Shown here piece after piece: positions 37,788-47,876 of a stretch of DNA of 64,000 bases. Position numbers and translations under genes: made by a program. Below the pieces are notes generated by a model that had not been told where the DNA came from, ran no database searches, and saw only the letters and a list, made by a program, of their open reading frames with translations. The first letter of the stretch is position 1. Every line of letters begins with the position of its first letter. The DNA comes from Prochlorococcaceae cyanobacterium (GTDB taxonomy: Bacteria; Cyanobacteriota; Cyanobacteriia; PCC-6307; Cyanobiaceae). The stretch is from the NCBI GenBank assembly GCA_044375975.1, contig JBILLQ010000006.1:1901-65900 (forward strand). The letters run 5' to 3'.

Positions 37788-38510
37788 TCAAGCCTGGCTG
37801 GGCAGTTGGTCGAGGCCGGGATAGCGGCTGGCGATCGGATCGCCAGTGAATTCGGCCACCCAGCCCTGGGGGTTGTTGAAGAAGCGCAGGGCGCAGAAGC
37901 GGGGGGCTGGCCCCATGTCAAACCAGTGCTTGGTGCCGGCGGGCACGGCGATCCAGTCATCGGCCTCACACAGCACCTGCAGCACCTCATCGCCCAGGTG
38001 CAGACAAAACAGCCCCTGGCCCTCCACGAACAGGCGCACCTCGTCTTCGCTGTGGGTGTGCTCGGCCAGGAACTTTTGCCGCAGGGCCTGGCGATCCGGG
38101 TGGTCGGGGGCCATGCGGATCACATCCACCGTGGGGTAGGCGCCCCCCTGCTGCACGGCGGCGACCTCCTGGGCGTAGGCGGTCAGAATTGTTTCCTGAT
38201 CGGCATCGTCGGCCAGCTCCACCCGGGCGGGCCAGCGCTGGAACAGCACCCCCCGCTTGGCCAGCTCTTGGCGGATCAACTCGCCGTCCCAGGTCTGCAG
38301 CGTCGGCTGCGGCTGGCTGGGGTTCAGAGCCTCGGCACCGGGCCCCTGGGCGGCTGCCGAGGCGCTAGGGGCTGCACCGCCGCTGGCGGGGCTTGTGGCG
38401 GGGCTTGTGGCGGGGCTTTCGCTGGGGGTGGAGCTTTTGCTTGAGGTGGAGCTTTCGCTTGAGGAAAGATTGGGGGTGCTGGTGGGGCTGTAGATGGCCA
38501 GCATCGTCAT
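37788..38510 (-). CDS. mtnD: Acireductone dioxygenase (ARD, cupin) with Ser/Thr/Pro/Ala-rich insertion near the N-terminus
   Basis: ..RGVLFQRWPA.., ..FLAEHTHSEDEVRLFVEGQGLFCLH.. and ..IAVPAGTKHWFDMG.. are ARD motifs. Residues ~10-70 are low complexity, built from 12- and 18-bp repeats. Confidence 0.85.
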   Translation of the reverse strand: MTMLAIYSPTSTPNLSSSESSTSSKSSTPSESPATSPATSPASGGAAPSASAAAQGPGAEALNPSQPQPTLQTWDGELIRQELAKRGVLFQRWPARVELADDADQETILTAYAQEVAAVQQGGAYPTVDVIRMAPDHPDRQALRQKFLAEHTHSEDEVRLFVEGQGLFCLHLGDEVLQVLCEADDWIAVPAGTKHWFDMGPAPRFCALRFFNNPQGWVAEFTGDPIASRYPGLDQLPSQA

Positions 38511-38578
38511 CGGTCTGCTCCCTGGGGGGGGTGCTGCTGAACTGACCCTAGGAATGCCGAACCCACGCTTTGATTGTC

Positions 38579-39325
38579 ATGCCCTCCAACGAGCCGGCGG
38601 CCGCCCTGACGCTGGTGGGGGTGGGGCCAGGGGATCCAGACCTGCTCACGGTGGCGGCGGTGCGGGCCCTGGCGGCGGCGGCCGTGGTGGCCTATCCGGT
38701 GGCCCGCGAGGGGGACAAGGGCATGGCCGCCACCATCGCCGCCCCCTGGATCGCCGCCCACCAGCAGCGCTTGCCCCTGCTGTTTCCGATGACCGACGAG
38801 GCCCAGCCCCGCCGCTCGGCCTGGCGGGCCGCCGCCGATCGGCTCGCCGCCGAGGTGGCGGCCGGCCGGGCCGTGGTGCTGCTCTGTGAGGGCGATGTGT
38901 CGCTGTTCGCCACCAGCAGTTACGTGCTGTTGGCCCTAAGGCGCTTCCATCCCCACTGCCCGATTCGCCTGATCCCCGGCATTGGCGCGGTGGCGGCGGC
39001 GGCGGCGGCCGGAGCCTGGCCCCTGGCCCTGCAGCAGGAGGGGCTGCTGATTCGCCCCACCCCCGACGACGGACGCGAGCTGGAGCTGCTGTTGGAGCAG
39101 GCGGCAGCCAACCAATGGGTGCTGGCCCTGCTCAAGCTGGGCAGGCGCTGGTCTTGGGTGCGGCCCCTGCTGGAGCGCCGCGAGCTGCTGGAGGGGGCCC
39201 TCTTCGCGCGGCGGGTCGGCTGGCCCGATCAGCTGGTGGGCTCGGCCGCGGCGGTTCCAGCCAGCGAAGCCCCCTACTTCTCGCTGCTGCTGATCCGCCA
39301 GGGCTGGCCGCCGGTGCTGCCCTGA
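38579..39325 (+). CDS. cobI: Precorrin-2 C20-methyltransferase
   Basis: LTLVGVGPGDPDLLTVAAVRAL at the N-terminus and ..LCEGDVSLFAT... The size is typical of CobI/CbiL. Confidence 0.85.
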   Translation: MPSNEPAAALTLVGVGPGDPDLLTVAAVRALAAAAVVAYPVAREGDKGMAATIAAPWIAAHQQRLPLLFPMTDEAQPRRSAWRAAADRLAAEVAAGRAVVLLCEGDVSLFATSSYVLLALRRFHPHCPIRLIPGIGAVAAAAAAGAWPLALQQEGLLIRPTPDDGRELELLLEQAAANQWVLALLKLGRRWSWVRPLLERRELLEGALFARRVGWPDQLVGSAAAVPASEAPYFSLLLIRQGWPPVLP

Positions 39326-39388
39326 GGCCAGCAGGCCCAGTGCTTGCATGGGCGCTCCTTGGATAGCGGGCTTCCCGGAGCGGATTTG

Positions 39389-40135
39389 ATGACTGCCCTC
39401 GATTGGCTGGCCCTGCTCCACCCGGTGCTGATGATCCTGTTCGTGTATCCGGTGGTGGGGGCCACGATCCGGCTGGGGATCCTGGTGCGGGAGAAGCGCC
39501 TTGGGGTCACCCAGCAGCCCGCCCTGGTGCCCCGCGAACACGCCGACCACGGTCGCTGGCTGAGCGCCGGCGTGGTGATGGCCGTGCTGCTGGCCCTGCT
39601 GTACTCCTTCCTTAGCAAGGCCTGGGCGGTGGAGGCGGCCTTCAGTGGTGGCCTGGCGCGCCTGGCGCTGCTGCTGGTGGTGGCCGGCACCCTGGTGGCC
39701 TTGCTGGCCCTGCTCACGGTGAAGCGGGCCGTGCTGCGGGCCAGTTTTGCCTGGCTGTGCTGGGCCGGCCTCCTGGGCCTCGGCAGCCAACCGGAGATCT
39801 GGCGCCTGTCCGACAACCCCTTTTCCGCCGCCTTCTGGAGCTCCCACTACTGGAGTGGGGTGCTGCTGACAGGTCTGCTGCTGTTCAACTTGGCGGCCCG
39901 CCCTGAGATTATCCGCCGACCCTCCTGGCGGCGGCTGCACATCGCCTCCAACCTGCTGGTGATGGTGTTGCTGGCGGTGCAGGCCATCACCGGCAGCCGC
40001 GATCTGCTGGAAATCCCGCTCAGTTGGCAGAAGCCGGCCATTTATGGCTGCGACTTTCAGAACCGCACCTGCCCGGAGCCAGCTGCTGCGGCACCAGGCT
40101 CCGCCGGCCCGGACCCAGGGGCTGCACCGGCCTGA
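39389..40135 (+). CDS. Integral membrane protein, DUF4079-like
   Basis: MTALDWLALLHPVLMILFVYPVVGATIRLGILVREKR.. followed by several TM helices. The family call is from memory. Confidence 0.6.
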   Translation: MTALDWLALLHPVLMILFVYPVVGATIRLGILVREKRLGVTQQPALVPREHADHGRWLSAGVVMAVLLALLYSFLSKAWAVEAAFSGGLARLALLLVVAGTLVALLALLTVKRAVLRASFAWLCWAGLLGLGSQPEIWRLSDNPFSAAFWSSHYWSGVLLTGLLLFNLAARPEIIRRPSWRRLHIASNLLVMVLLAVQAITGSRDLLEIPLSWQKPAIYGCDFQNRTCPEPAAAAPGSAGPDPGAAPA

Positions 40136-42113
40136 GCAGCCGAGCCAGCAGGGCCAGCAGGGTCTGCCACTCCGGCGGCGCCTGGCGCACCGGCCAGGCC
40201 CCCGGGCGGCCGTAGAGCCAGCGCAGCAGGGCCCGATGCGCCTGGGGATTGTCAAGGTGCCAGCGCAACTGCCACCGCTGCCTCGGCCCGGCGATCGGCT
40301 CCAGGCTGGCCAAGGGCAGGGGCGGTAGTGCTGATCCGGTGGCCGCCGAGCTGAGCTGCAGCGGCCCGGCGTTGGCGGGCCAGTCCCCCTCTGGCCAGTC
40401 CCCGCCCGTCCACAGTTCAGCGCCGGTTTCACTGAGGGCGTACAGCTGCACGGCGGCCCCCCAGGAGTCCGCTGCCGCCGAGCGGGGCTGCAACACGGCC
40501 GGCAGCTCCAGGGACAGCCAGGGGGTGGGGTCGGCCTGGGGTGGATCCCAGCAGGCCCGCAGCGCCACCAGCAGCCCCAACTGCGTCAGGAGGGACCACA
40601 ACAAACCCACAGCGCCAGCGCCGCCCGCCTCCTGCAGCAGCAGCCGGGCCACCAGCACCAGGTTGAGCCCGTTGAGCAGCAGCAGGGCCACCAGTGGCAG
40701 GGCCAGGGTTGCGGCGATACCTCCCCTGCTTTGGCTGCGGTGTTTGGGGGTGATGCGGAAGGGCTGGATGCGGCCCAAGAGGCTGGCCAGCACCGTGGCG
40801 GCCAGGGGAGCGGCCAGGCTCCAACCGGGTAGGTCGGCCAGCAGGGCATGGCGACTGCCGCGGTTCAGCCAGCCCGTGCTCAGCAGCAGCGCGGCCCAGA
40901 GCGGCAGCAGCAGCCCCAGCACCGCCCCATCGCTGAGCTGGATCGGCGTCACCCCCAGCAGGCCGATGCTCAGGGGCATCAGCAGCAGGAGCAGGCGCGG
41001 CACGGTGTTGAACCAGTGCAGCGCTCCCTCCAGATAGGCCAGCCGTTGGCCCCAGCCCAGCCCCCGCAGCCGCAGCGGCCCCTGGCGCAGCCGCAAGGCC
41101 TGCAGGGTGCCGGCGGCCCAGCGCTGCCGCTGGCGCACGAAATCGAGCATGGATTCAGCCGCCAGGCCGGCGCTGAGCTTTTCGCCCAGGTAGCGCAGCT
41201 GCCAGCCCCGGGCCGCCAGGACCATGCCGGTGACCAGGTCTTCCGAGACGGCCTGCTCCACAAAGCCGCCGATCTGGTTGAGGGCCGAGCGGCGCACCAC
41301 AAAGCTGGTGCCGGCGCACACCACCGCCCCCCAGGCGCTGCGCACCGGCTCGATCCAGCGGTAGAAGCTCTCCTCATCCGGCAGCAACCAGGCCTCCAGG
41401 CCAAGGTTGCGCATCACCGGATCGGCATTGAAACAGTGCTGGGGCGTCTGCACCAGCGCCACCTGGGGCTCCAGCAACAGGCCGATGGTGCGCTCGAGAA
41501 AGTGCTGCTGGGGCACGAAATCGGCATCGAACACCGCCACCAGCTCCCCCTGGCCCAGGGTCAGGCCGGCGTTGAGATTGCCGGCCTTGGCATGGAGCCG
41601 CTGGGGTCGGTGGTGGTAGCGGCAGCCGTAGGCCGCGGCCAGGGCAGCCACCTCCGGCCGGTCGACGTCATCCAGCACCCAGAGGGTGCGGTGCTGGTAG
41701 TGCAGGCTGCTGCAGCCCAGCAGGCACCGCTCCAGCACCGGCAGCGGTTCGCCGCAGGTGGGAATCAGCACATCCACCCAGGGGCGCCAGCTGCTGGCCT
41801 GCCAGCGGGCCTGGGCCCCATCGGCTTCGACGCGGCCATCGCTGAAGCGGCGCCAGGCCAGCAGTAGCGGCAGGAGGCCGCTGAGCAGCAGCCAGCCCTC
41901 CGCCAGCAGCAGCAGCACGCTCAGACTGGCCGCCAGGGGTGTCGTGAGGTTGAGACTGGCGCTCACCCGCCAGTGCAGGTAGCGCAGGCTGAACAGGCTC
42001 AGCAGCAGCAACAGGCTGCGGCGCATCCACAGGGGCCGGCTCGCCTCCGGGCGGCGGCTGAGCCACAGGGGCCAGAGCAGCGCCAGCCACGGGAGCAGCA
42101 GTTCCGCAGTCAT
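40020..42113 (-). CDS. Family 2 processive glycosyltransferase, cellulose-synthase-like, with PilZ-like C-terminal region
   Basis: [27 protein letters not shown] and QRQRWAAG (the QxxRW motif). The ATG at 42113 overlaps the dus stop (ATGA). The track ORF's 177-aa Arg/Pro-rich upstream extension is rejected. Confidence 0.8.
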   Translation of the reverse strand: MTAELLLPWLALLWPLWLSRRPEASRPLWMRRSLLLLLSLFSLRYLHWRVSASLNLTTPLAASLSVLLLLAEGWLLLSGLLPLLLAWRRFSDGRVEADGAQARWQASSWRPWVDVLIPTCGEPLPVLERCLLGCSSLHYQHRTLWVLDDVDRPEVAALAAAYGCRYHHRPQRLHAKAGNLNAGLTLGQGELVAVFDADFVPQQHFLERTIGLLLEPQVALVQTPQHCFNADPVMRNLGLEAWLLPDEESFYRWIEPVRSAWGAVVCAGTSFVVRRSALNQIGGFVEQAVSEDLVTGMVLAARGWQLRYLGEKLSAGLAAESMLDFVRQRQRWAAGTLQALRLRQGPLRLRGLGWGQRLAYLEGALHWFNTVPRLLLLLMPLSIGLLGVTPIQLSDGAVLGLLLPLWAALLLSTGWLNRGSRHALLADLPGWSLAAPLAATVLASLLGRIQPFRITPKHRSQSRGGIAATLALPLVALLLLNGLNLVLVARLLLQEAGGAGAVGLLWSLLTQLGLLVALRACWDPPQADPTPWLSLELPAVLQPRSAAADSWGAAVQLYALSETGAELWTGGDWPEGDWPANAGPLQLSSAATGSALPPLPLASLEPIAGPRQRWQLRWHLDNPQAHRALLRWLYGRPGAWPVRQAPPEWQTLLALLARLLRPVQPLGPGRRSLVPQQLAPGRCGSESRSHKWPASAN

Positions 42114-43243
42114 CCCAGCTGCGCTGCAGCGGTTGACAGCAACGCCAGGGCGTTGGCTGGGGTGGGCGCGCGCATCAGGGCGTGGCGCAGCTGGGGGGCA
42201 CCGGCGAAGCCATTGCAGGTCCAGCCCATGTGCTTGCGAGCAATCAGCAGGCCGTGGTCGCCTTTGGCCGCCACCAGGGCCTGCAGCTGCTCGGCCGCCA
42301 GGGCCAGCTTCGCGGCGGGGCCGGGCGTGGGCGGAATCGGTTGGCCGGCCAGGGCCGCATCGAGCTGGCCCACCAGCCAGGGGGCGCCCATGGTGCCGCG
42401 GCCCACCATCACCCCATCGGCACCGGTGATCGCCAAGCAGCGCAGGGCGTCCTCCGGGGTGTGGATGTCTCCGTTGGCGATCACCGGAATCGTGAGCGCT
42501 TGCTTCACCGCGGCGATGGCGGCCCAGTCGGCGCTGCCCTTGAAGCCCTGCTCGCGGGTGCGGCCGTGCAGGGTGAGCAGCTGGGCGCCTGCAGCCTCCA
42601 GCCGGCGGCACCAGTCGATGGCTGACGCCTCGGGTGCCCCGCACCAGCCCAGGCGCGTCTTCACGGTCACGGGGATGCCCACGGCGGCTGCCACGGTGTC
42701 GACGATCCGGGCCGCCAGCTCGGGGTCGCGGATCAGGCCACTGCCGCCACCTTTGCTGGCGATCTTCTTCACCGGGCAGCCCATGTTGATGTCGATCAGA
42801 AAGGCGCCGGCGGCTTCGGCACGCTTGGCCGCCTCGGCCATGGCGGCGGGGCGGTGATCGAACAGCTGCACGCCGATCGGGCCGGCTTCGTCCCCGAGCT
42901 CCTCCACTTTTTGCACCCCAAAGCCCAGTTCCAAGCTGGTGGCATTCACCATCTCGGTGAACAACAGGGCATCGGGAGCCCAGCGCCGCACCAGGCCCCG
43001 GAAGATGCGATCGCTCACCCCCGCCAGCGGCGATTGCAACACCCGGCAGCGCAGCTGGCGGCTGCTGCCATTTCCCTGCAACCGCAGCGGTTGGTGGAAG
43101 GCGCTGGTGGGCGGGGCTGACTGGGGCAAGGGGGGTGCGGGCAAGGGCCGAGCTGGCGAGGGCCGAGGTGGCGAGTGCTCATAACAGAGTGTCCTGCAGG
43201 CAGCGGCGCTGGTGGGCGGCGCTGGTTCGGGCAAGGGCGCCAT
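42110..43243 (-). CDS. tRNA-dihydrouridine synthase
   Basis: [31 protein letters not shown].., ..[12 protein letters not shown].. and ..[10 protein letters not shown].. are Dus motifs. The start is uncertain; ATG 43243 was chosen to avoid overlap with the divergent gene. Confidence 0.85.
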   Translation of the reverse strand: MAPLPEPAPPTSAAACRTLCYEHSPPRPSPARPLPAPPLPQSAPPTSAFHQPLRLQGNGSSRQLRCRVLQSPLAGVSDRIFRGLVRRWAPDALLFTEMVNATSLELGFGVQKVEELGDEAGPIGVQLFDHRPAAMAEAAKRAEAAGAFLIDINMGCPVKKIASKGGGSGLIRDPELAARIVDTVAAAVGIPVTVKTRLGWCGAPEASAIDWCRRLEAAGAQLLTLHGRTREQGFKGSADWAAIAAVKQALTIPVIANGDIHTPEDALRCLAITGADGVMVGRGTMGAPWLVGQLDAALAGQPIPPTPGPAAKLALAAEQLQALVAAKGDHGLLIARKHMGWTCNGFAGAPQLRHALMRAPTPANALALLSTAAAQLG

Positions 43244-43311
43244 GGCTTCAGGCGGGGCTGTCAGCGAGGCGATCGGGGGATGCGTAGCTCTCCCAGCGCG
43301 ATGATCCCCAG

Positions 43312-43905
43312 ATGGCACCACTCCAGCCCTCCACCCCCTTGCCAGCCGCCCCCACTACTTATTCCTACCCCCTGAGCCGGGCGCTGCTGGAGGCGGTGTT
43401 GGCAGATCGGCTCAGCGATCGCTACGTGTGTGAGCTGGTGTGGACAAGGCTGGGATATTCGCCCGCTACTACCGCGGGTTCGCCCGCTACCGGTTCGCCC
43501 GCGCCGGAAGAAGCGCTGAAGCCGGATCCCGCTGCCCCCAACGCAGCAGCGGTGTTGCCGGCCCTATCCGCCCCCTGGAGCGCGGGTCCTGCCACGCCTG
43601 CCGATTGGGCCGAGGCCTTCCCGGTGGCCCCCGAGTTGATCGCCACCAGGTCCGCCAGCGTGCGCCTCACCCGCTCGATTGCCGCCGAGCACAAGCAACT
43701 TTTAAAGCAGCAATTGGGTTTTGCCGGCTATCGCATCGGCGAGCTCTACCCTCGCCGCACCCGTCGCGCCACCGCCGTGAACTGGCTGCTTGCTCAGTTG
43801 GCCGAGCGGGGCGAACCCCTGCCGGAGCTGGGACCCCTGCCGCCCTTGCTGGAGCCGCCGGCCGATCCGGTGCGGGGGCATCCCGGCGACCTGCCGGTGG
43901 GCTGA
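43312..43905 (+). CDS. Conserved cyanobacterial hypothetical protein (DUF1823-like)
   Basis: ..[16 protein letters not shown].. and ..[15 protein letters not shown].. resemble DUF1823 as I recall it. An Ala/Pro-rich insertion sits in the middle. Confidence 0.55.
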   Translation: MAPLQPSTPLPAAPTTYSYPLSRALLEAVLADRLSDRYVCELVWTRLGYSPATTAGSPATGSPAPEEALKPDPAAPNAAAVLPALSAPWSAGPATPADWAEAFPVAPELIATRSASVRLTRSIAAEHKQLLKQQLGFAGYRIGELYPRRTRRATAVNWLLAQLAERGEPLPELGPLPPLLEPPADPVRGHPGDLPVG

Positions 43906-44735
43906 GGGGGGTGGAGGTTTGCCGTTTAGCAAGAGGATGCGGATCACTCTCCTAGCCTTGGATTTAAAGTTGATTTATCAATGCAGGCGGTTGCCCCCTG
44001 TTTGCGAAGAGGACTTTTAATTAACTTGTTCCAGATATTTTCTTTACGCTAATCTCAAAGGTGGCTGATCGGATTTAGGCGCTGGATCTCGGAAAGGGTC
44101 ATCAGAATCCAGATGGGGTCAGGATTGGTGACCGCCATGCGCATCGATGGTCTGGGCAATTAAATGACAAAGAGGTCTGTCAATACATTAGTGTATTAGT
44201 CCGTTAATATTAGTGCTGCTGCCAATGATCCTGTTCAGGCCTGGCAACGGTTTTGTCCAGAAGTAAAGATTGAGCACAAAGGTCGAATCATCCACCACCG
44301 TCCGTCCAAGGAGAGCTGTTTTTTTATCGGCACCTCCTTGGCAGTCTGGAGTCTGGTCTGCACCGGAAAGCCTTATTCAGCGAATCGGCGGCTGGAGGCG
44401 GGCTCCTGATGCCCGGGTAGGAAGATCATGGGTATAGACCATCTAGTTGTAAACGTAACCTGCAAAAGATCATTGTGGTCGCACCGTGGCCAAGTTATTC
44501 AGGGATGATAAGTTAACCAATTTGCTCATGCTCGCCAGCGGTCGTGCTTTTGCCAATGAGTAGTGTGGTTGTAATGAGTCGCGCAGGTTGCCAGTTTGGG
44601 TTCTGATGGTGAAAATGATCGAGATGGAGAGGCGTCAACTTCTAGGCGGAAGCGGTCCCCAGCGGATACCGTTCAATCCCCACCCTGTATCCCGCTAAAC
44701 TTCAGCAGTGACTTATCCACCACCAGTTATCCGCT

Positions 44736-45443
44736 ATGTATCGTTACTGTCGCCGCCTGGTGCCACACCTGCTGCCGGAGCCCTGGTTGCCGCTGCAGGC
44801 TATCCCGCTCCTGTCGCTTAGCCTCTGCTTATGGTTTGGGCCGGCTGTCTTGGCCAAGGAGGCGAAACAAACAATCTGCTGTCGCTCTTCCGGTGGTACC
44901 CGGGGCACCTGTCTGAATCTGTGGGTCCACCTGGTGCCACCCAGTAACCGTTTCAATCCGGGCACCAGCCGTTTGATCGCCATGTTGCAGGGGCCCTCTG
45001 CCCAGCCCACCGCTATGGCCCTGCAGCTATCTAATCTGGCGGGGGATCCGGTGGGCGGCCAGATGCTGCCAGCCCAGGGGGTGGGGGTGCGGTTGCTGAA
45101 GCTGCCAGCAGCGGACCGACCAGCCCTTAATCAGCCTCTGGTTTGGGAAAGCTTTCCCAGCTGTCAGCCCAATAAACCACCCACGAGGTCCATCCTGGTG
45201 GCCGAACCGCTCCAGAATCCGAGCTCCAGTCCTGGGCCAAAGGATGTCAGTTACCAGACGCCCTTGAGGGACCGGAGCCAAAACGCCTTAGCAGCCTTGA
45301 GAAAGGCCTGCGGTGGGATGGCGGACACCAAAAGCTTGCTGGATGCCTTTGGCTTCCAAGTAGAGGAGTGGTCTGCGAAGCTGCCACCACAACTGCCGGT
45401 GTATTGCGAAACTCTCTCGGTTCAGTCCCTGGGGATTAGATAG
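44736..45443 (+). CDS. Secreted DUF928-like protein
   Basis: Signal-like N-terminus. SGGTRGTCLNLWVHLVPPSNRFNPGTS.. and ..LVWESFPSCQP.. fit the GTRGxC...aLvP...T / W....C pattern of DUF928. Confidence 0.6.
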   Translation: MYRYCRRLVPHLLPEPWLPLQAIPLLSLSLCLWFGPAVLAKEAKQTICCRSSGGTRGTCLNLWVHLVPPSNRFNPGTSRLIAMLQGPSAQPTAMALQLSNLAGDPVGGQMLPAQGVGVRLLKLPAADRPALNQPLVWESFPSCQPNKPPTRSILVAEPLQNPSSSPGPKDVSYQTPLRDRSQNALAALRKACGGMADTKSLLDAFGFQVEEWSAKLPPQLPVYCETLSVQSLGIR

Positions 45444-45476
45444 CAGCAGGCTTTTGGGGCTCAGGCAGCGCCAAGC

Positions 45477-45529
45477 CCAGGGCATCAACTGGCGTAAAGC
45501 CCAGTTCATCGACCAGGTCCATGCCCTGG
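45477..45529. terminator. Nested hairpin between convergent DUF928 and cyclase genes
   Basis: Outer 9-bp stem ccagggcat/atgccctgg encloses an inner 6-bp stem aactgg/ccagtt. There is no clear U-tract. Confidence 0.3.
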
Positions 45530-45542
45530 TATCAGGTGGCCC

Positions 45543-47876
45543 CTAGGATTGGTCATCAACTGGCTCCAAGCCCTGGGCATCAGCTGGCCTCAGCGAGCAA
45601 ATCAGCTGTTTGAGTTCTGTTGGCATCACGCTGAACATGATGCGAAAATTGCCGTTGAGTTGCTCACGCACCTTGCCGTAGGCATCACCGCCGATGCCAG
45701 GGAAGCTCAGCACCAGGTTGTCGAAGGGTTTTAGGTGGCCTGCTGGCAGCACGATCCAGCACTCCCTTTCGGCTAGTTGCGTGACCTGGGCAGGCCGCGG
45801 TGAACCTTCCCGCTGATTCTCCTTGATGAGGCAGTAACTAATTTCTATCGATTGCTCCAGGGTATATGGGGTAGAGCTGGCGATTGGCAGGGCGAGATTG
45901 TGGGTTCCGGAGATGGAACCAATCGAAACTACCTGCAAGGGTTCGCTGGATCCCTTCACCTCCACCTGGTACTCGGCATCGATCCGCAGCGGCGCTGCCA
46001 CGGCATTAACCGTTGATTGGGATGCAAGCACCTCACCACCAATTGTTAAAGCTTCAATGCGGGCCGCCAGGTTCACAGCAGCCCCCACCACGCCATACTT
46101 GGCCCGCAGCCGCGAGCCGATCGTGCCGGCCACCACATCACCGGTGCAAAGCCCAATGCCCATCTCGATTAGCGGCAGCCCCTGGTCGGCGTTGGTTTGA
46201 TTAACCATCTCCATGGCAAGCTGCATGGCAAGCGCACAGGCAATGGCGGATTCGGCGTGGTCTTCGCGCACAAGGGGCGCGCCGAAGATTACTAGAATTG
46301 AGTCGCCTAATACCTCGTCGATCGTGCCGCCATACTCCTCGATCACATCAAATATCACCGCGAGGTAAATGTTGAGGATCCTCACCATGATTGAAGGATG
46401 GTGATTATCGCTGAGCAGGCTGAAGCCCCGCAGATCGCTCATTAGAACCGTGACCTTGCGCAGCTCCATTGCCTGCGGTGGCTGGTCCGGTGGTGGCTGG
46501 TTGGCTGGTGGATGTTCAGGCGGTGGGTTGCTGTTTTCCAGTAGTTCACCGACCACTTGTTTGGATACAAATCGATCGAACAGGCTGCGCACATGCTTGC
46601 CCTCCCTCTCCAGCAGAAGCCCCTTGATCTGCTGCTGGCCGGCGCGGCGGCTCCAGGCAGCTGCGGCCAGCAGCGCAAAGGTCGCCAGGGGTAGGGCGGC
46701 ATCGAGCCACACACCCATCGCCAGTAATGCCGCCGTTGCCCCCACCGCCAGCAGCAGTGTGGCGGCCACCAGCCCCAGACTGCGCCGCAGGCTGGGAACC
46801 GCTTCGCCGCTGATCACCCCAGCTCCGATCGCCAGCAGCAGCAGCAAAACATTCACCGCAGCAGGAGCGGCCTGGATCCCCAGCTGCTGGCCGGCCGCAA
46901 GGGCCAGCAGGGCGGCCAGGCGGTGGGCGTGAATTTCCACCCCGGGGATTTGAAACTGTCTTTCACCCTGTCTCCATTTGCTGAAGGGAACGGTGAAGTT
47001 GTCCTTGCTGGAGGGCGCCACCATCCCGATCAAAACGATGCTGCCGCGCAGCTGCTGGACCTGCTCAGGGCTCAGCTGGTTGCCCAGCAGCTTGCCCAGG
47101 TTCCAGCTGGGGAAGCTGCCCGGTTGGTGGTAAGCAAGCATCTGTTGCAGGTAGCCAGGAGCGCTCACAGCGGCTTCCGGTAGATAGCCTCCGGAGCCTT
47201 CTTCCAGGCCCGCCAGGCTGGTTGGCTGCTGCTCCAGTCTGCGCAGCAGCTGGTTGCTGCCCGTGGCGATCTGGAGCAATCGCATCGGCAGGGACACCTT
47301 GCCTTGCCGATGCCCGCCGCTTACGTGCAGCAGATCGCGCCGCACCAGCCCATCTTGGGGATCTGTGTAGAGGTCTGCATAGGCCTGGCGATCGGGAGGT
47401 GTACCGGGGATCGCCCGTTTGCCATCGAGCTCGAAGTAGATGGAAACCAGCCTGGGGTTGGTGCGGGCCAGTCGGCGCAACCGCCGCCAGCCGGCACCGA
47501 CCGGCCGCTCGCAGAACAGATCCAGACCGATGGCGCGCACACCGAAGCGATCCAGCCGTTCCACCGCATCGGCCAGCTGCTGATCGGCAATCAGGGGGCC
47601 GTAACGGTTCAGGTCAGCTTCGTTGATGCCGATGATCCGCACCGCTGTGCTAGCCCCGGAGGGGGCAGGTCGGAGCTGCACGGCCAGGTCGTAGGCGAGC
47701 AGATTGACCCGTTCGGTGATGCCGCTTTGGCGCAGGCTGAGCAGCAAACCAAGGGCGGCGGCGTAGGGAACCAGGTCCCGCAGGATCGCACCAAGACCGA
47801 TGCCGGCACCGGGGAAGCGACGGGCCACTAAAAGCGATAGACCACTTTTGTATACAAGCCACTGCCGAGGATCCAT
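45543..47876 (-). CDS. CHASE2 sensor / transmembrane / class III adenylate-guanylate cyclase with extra C-terminal beta-rich domain
   Basis: CHASE2: ..RVNLLAYDLAVQLRP..IIGINEADLNRYGP..AIGLDLFCERP... TM helices follow. Cyclase: VTVLMSDLRGFS..GDSILVIFGAP..GIGLCTGDVVAGTIG..VNLAARIE. The start is ATG 47876 or GTG 47828 (TAGTG junction with tpsB). Confidence 0.85.
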   Translation of the reverse strand: MDPRQWLVYKSGLSLLVARRFPGAGIGLGAILRDLVPYAAALGLLLSLRQSGITERVNLLAYDLAVQLRPAPSGASTAVRIIGINEADLNRYGPLIADQQLADAVERLDRFGVRAIGLDLFCERPVGAGWRRLRRLARTNPRLVSIYFELDGKRAIPGTPPDRQAYADLYTDPQDGLVRRDLLHVSGGHRQGKVSLPMRLLQIATGSNQLLRRLEQQPTSLAGLEEGSGGYLPEAAVSAPGYLQQMLAYHQPGSFPSWNLGKLLGNQLSPEQVQQLRGSIVLIGMVAPSSKDNFTVPFSKWRQGERQFQIPGVEIHAHRLAALLALAAGQQLGIQAAPAAVNVLLLLLAIGAGVISGEAVPSLRRSLGLVAATLLLAVGATAALLAMGVWLDAALPLATFALLAAAAWSRRAGQQQIKGLLLEREGKHVRSLFDRFVSKQVVGELLENSNPPPEHPPANQPPPDQPPQAMELRKVTVLMSDLRGFSLLSDNHHPSIMVRILNIYLAVIFDVIEEYGGTIDEVLGDSILVIFGAPLVREDHAESAIACALAMQLAMEMVNQTNADQGLPLIEMGIGLCTGDVVAGTIGSRLRAKYGVVGAAVNLAARIEALTIGGEVLASQSTVNAVAAPLRIDAEYQVEVKGSSEPLQVVSIGSISGTHNLALPIASSTPYTLEQSIEISYCLIKENQREGSPRPAQVTQLAERECWIVLPAGHLKPFDNLVLSFPGIGGDAYGKVREQLNGNFRIMFSVMPTELKQLICSLRPADAQGLEPVDDQS

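Noticed and set aside
38936-40432. A 498-aa minus-strand ORF spanning cobI and the DUF4079-like gene.
   Set aside because: It is antisense to two well-supported genes and has an extreme Arg/Pro/Gly/Gln composition, the typical shadow ORF of a high-GC genome. The same reasoning applies to 58206-59222(-), 25586-26563(-), 27517-28257(-), 28818-29939(+), 40848-41867(+), 55208-56248(+), 62804-63847(+), 2661-3794(+), 10787-11695(+) and 56822-57526(-).
42114-42644. A 177-aa N-terminal extension of the GT2 ORF (track ORF 40020-42644). Similar upstream extensions exist for the C39-ABC (18555-18704), CHASE2 cyclase (47877-48077), psaE (25527-25631), mutM (25035-25160) and mtnBC (24160-24258).
   Set aside because: The extensions overlap the upstream gene, are Arg/Pro/Gly-rich, and precede canonical family N-termini at internal start codons (ATGA/GTG junctions).
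44050-44345. Small minus-strand ORFs (for example MAVTNPDPIWILMTLSEIQRLNPISHL) and an 8-bp-stem hairpin (ccaaggag...ctccttgg) in the lower-GC spacer before the DUF928 gene.
   Set aside because: The ORFs are too short, without motifs or start context. The hairpin has a 20-nt loop and no flanking signals.
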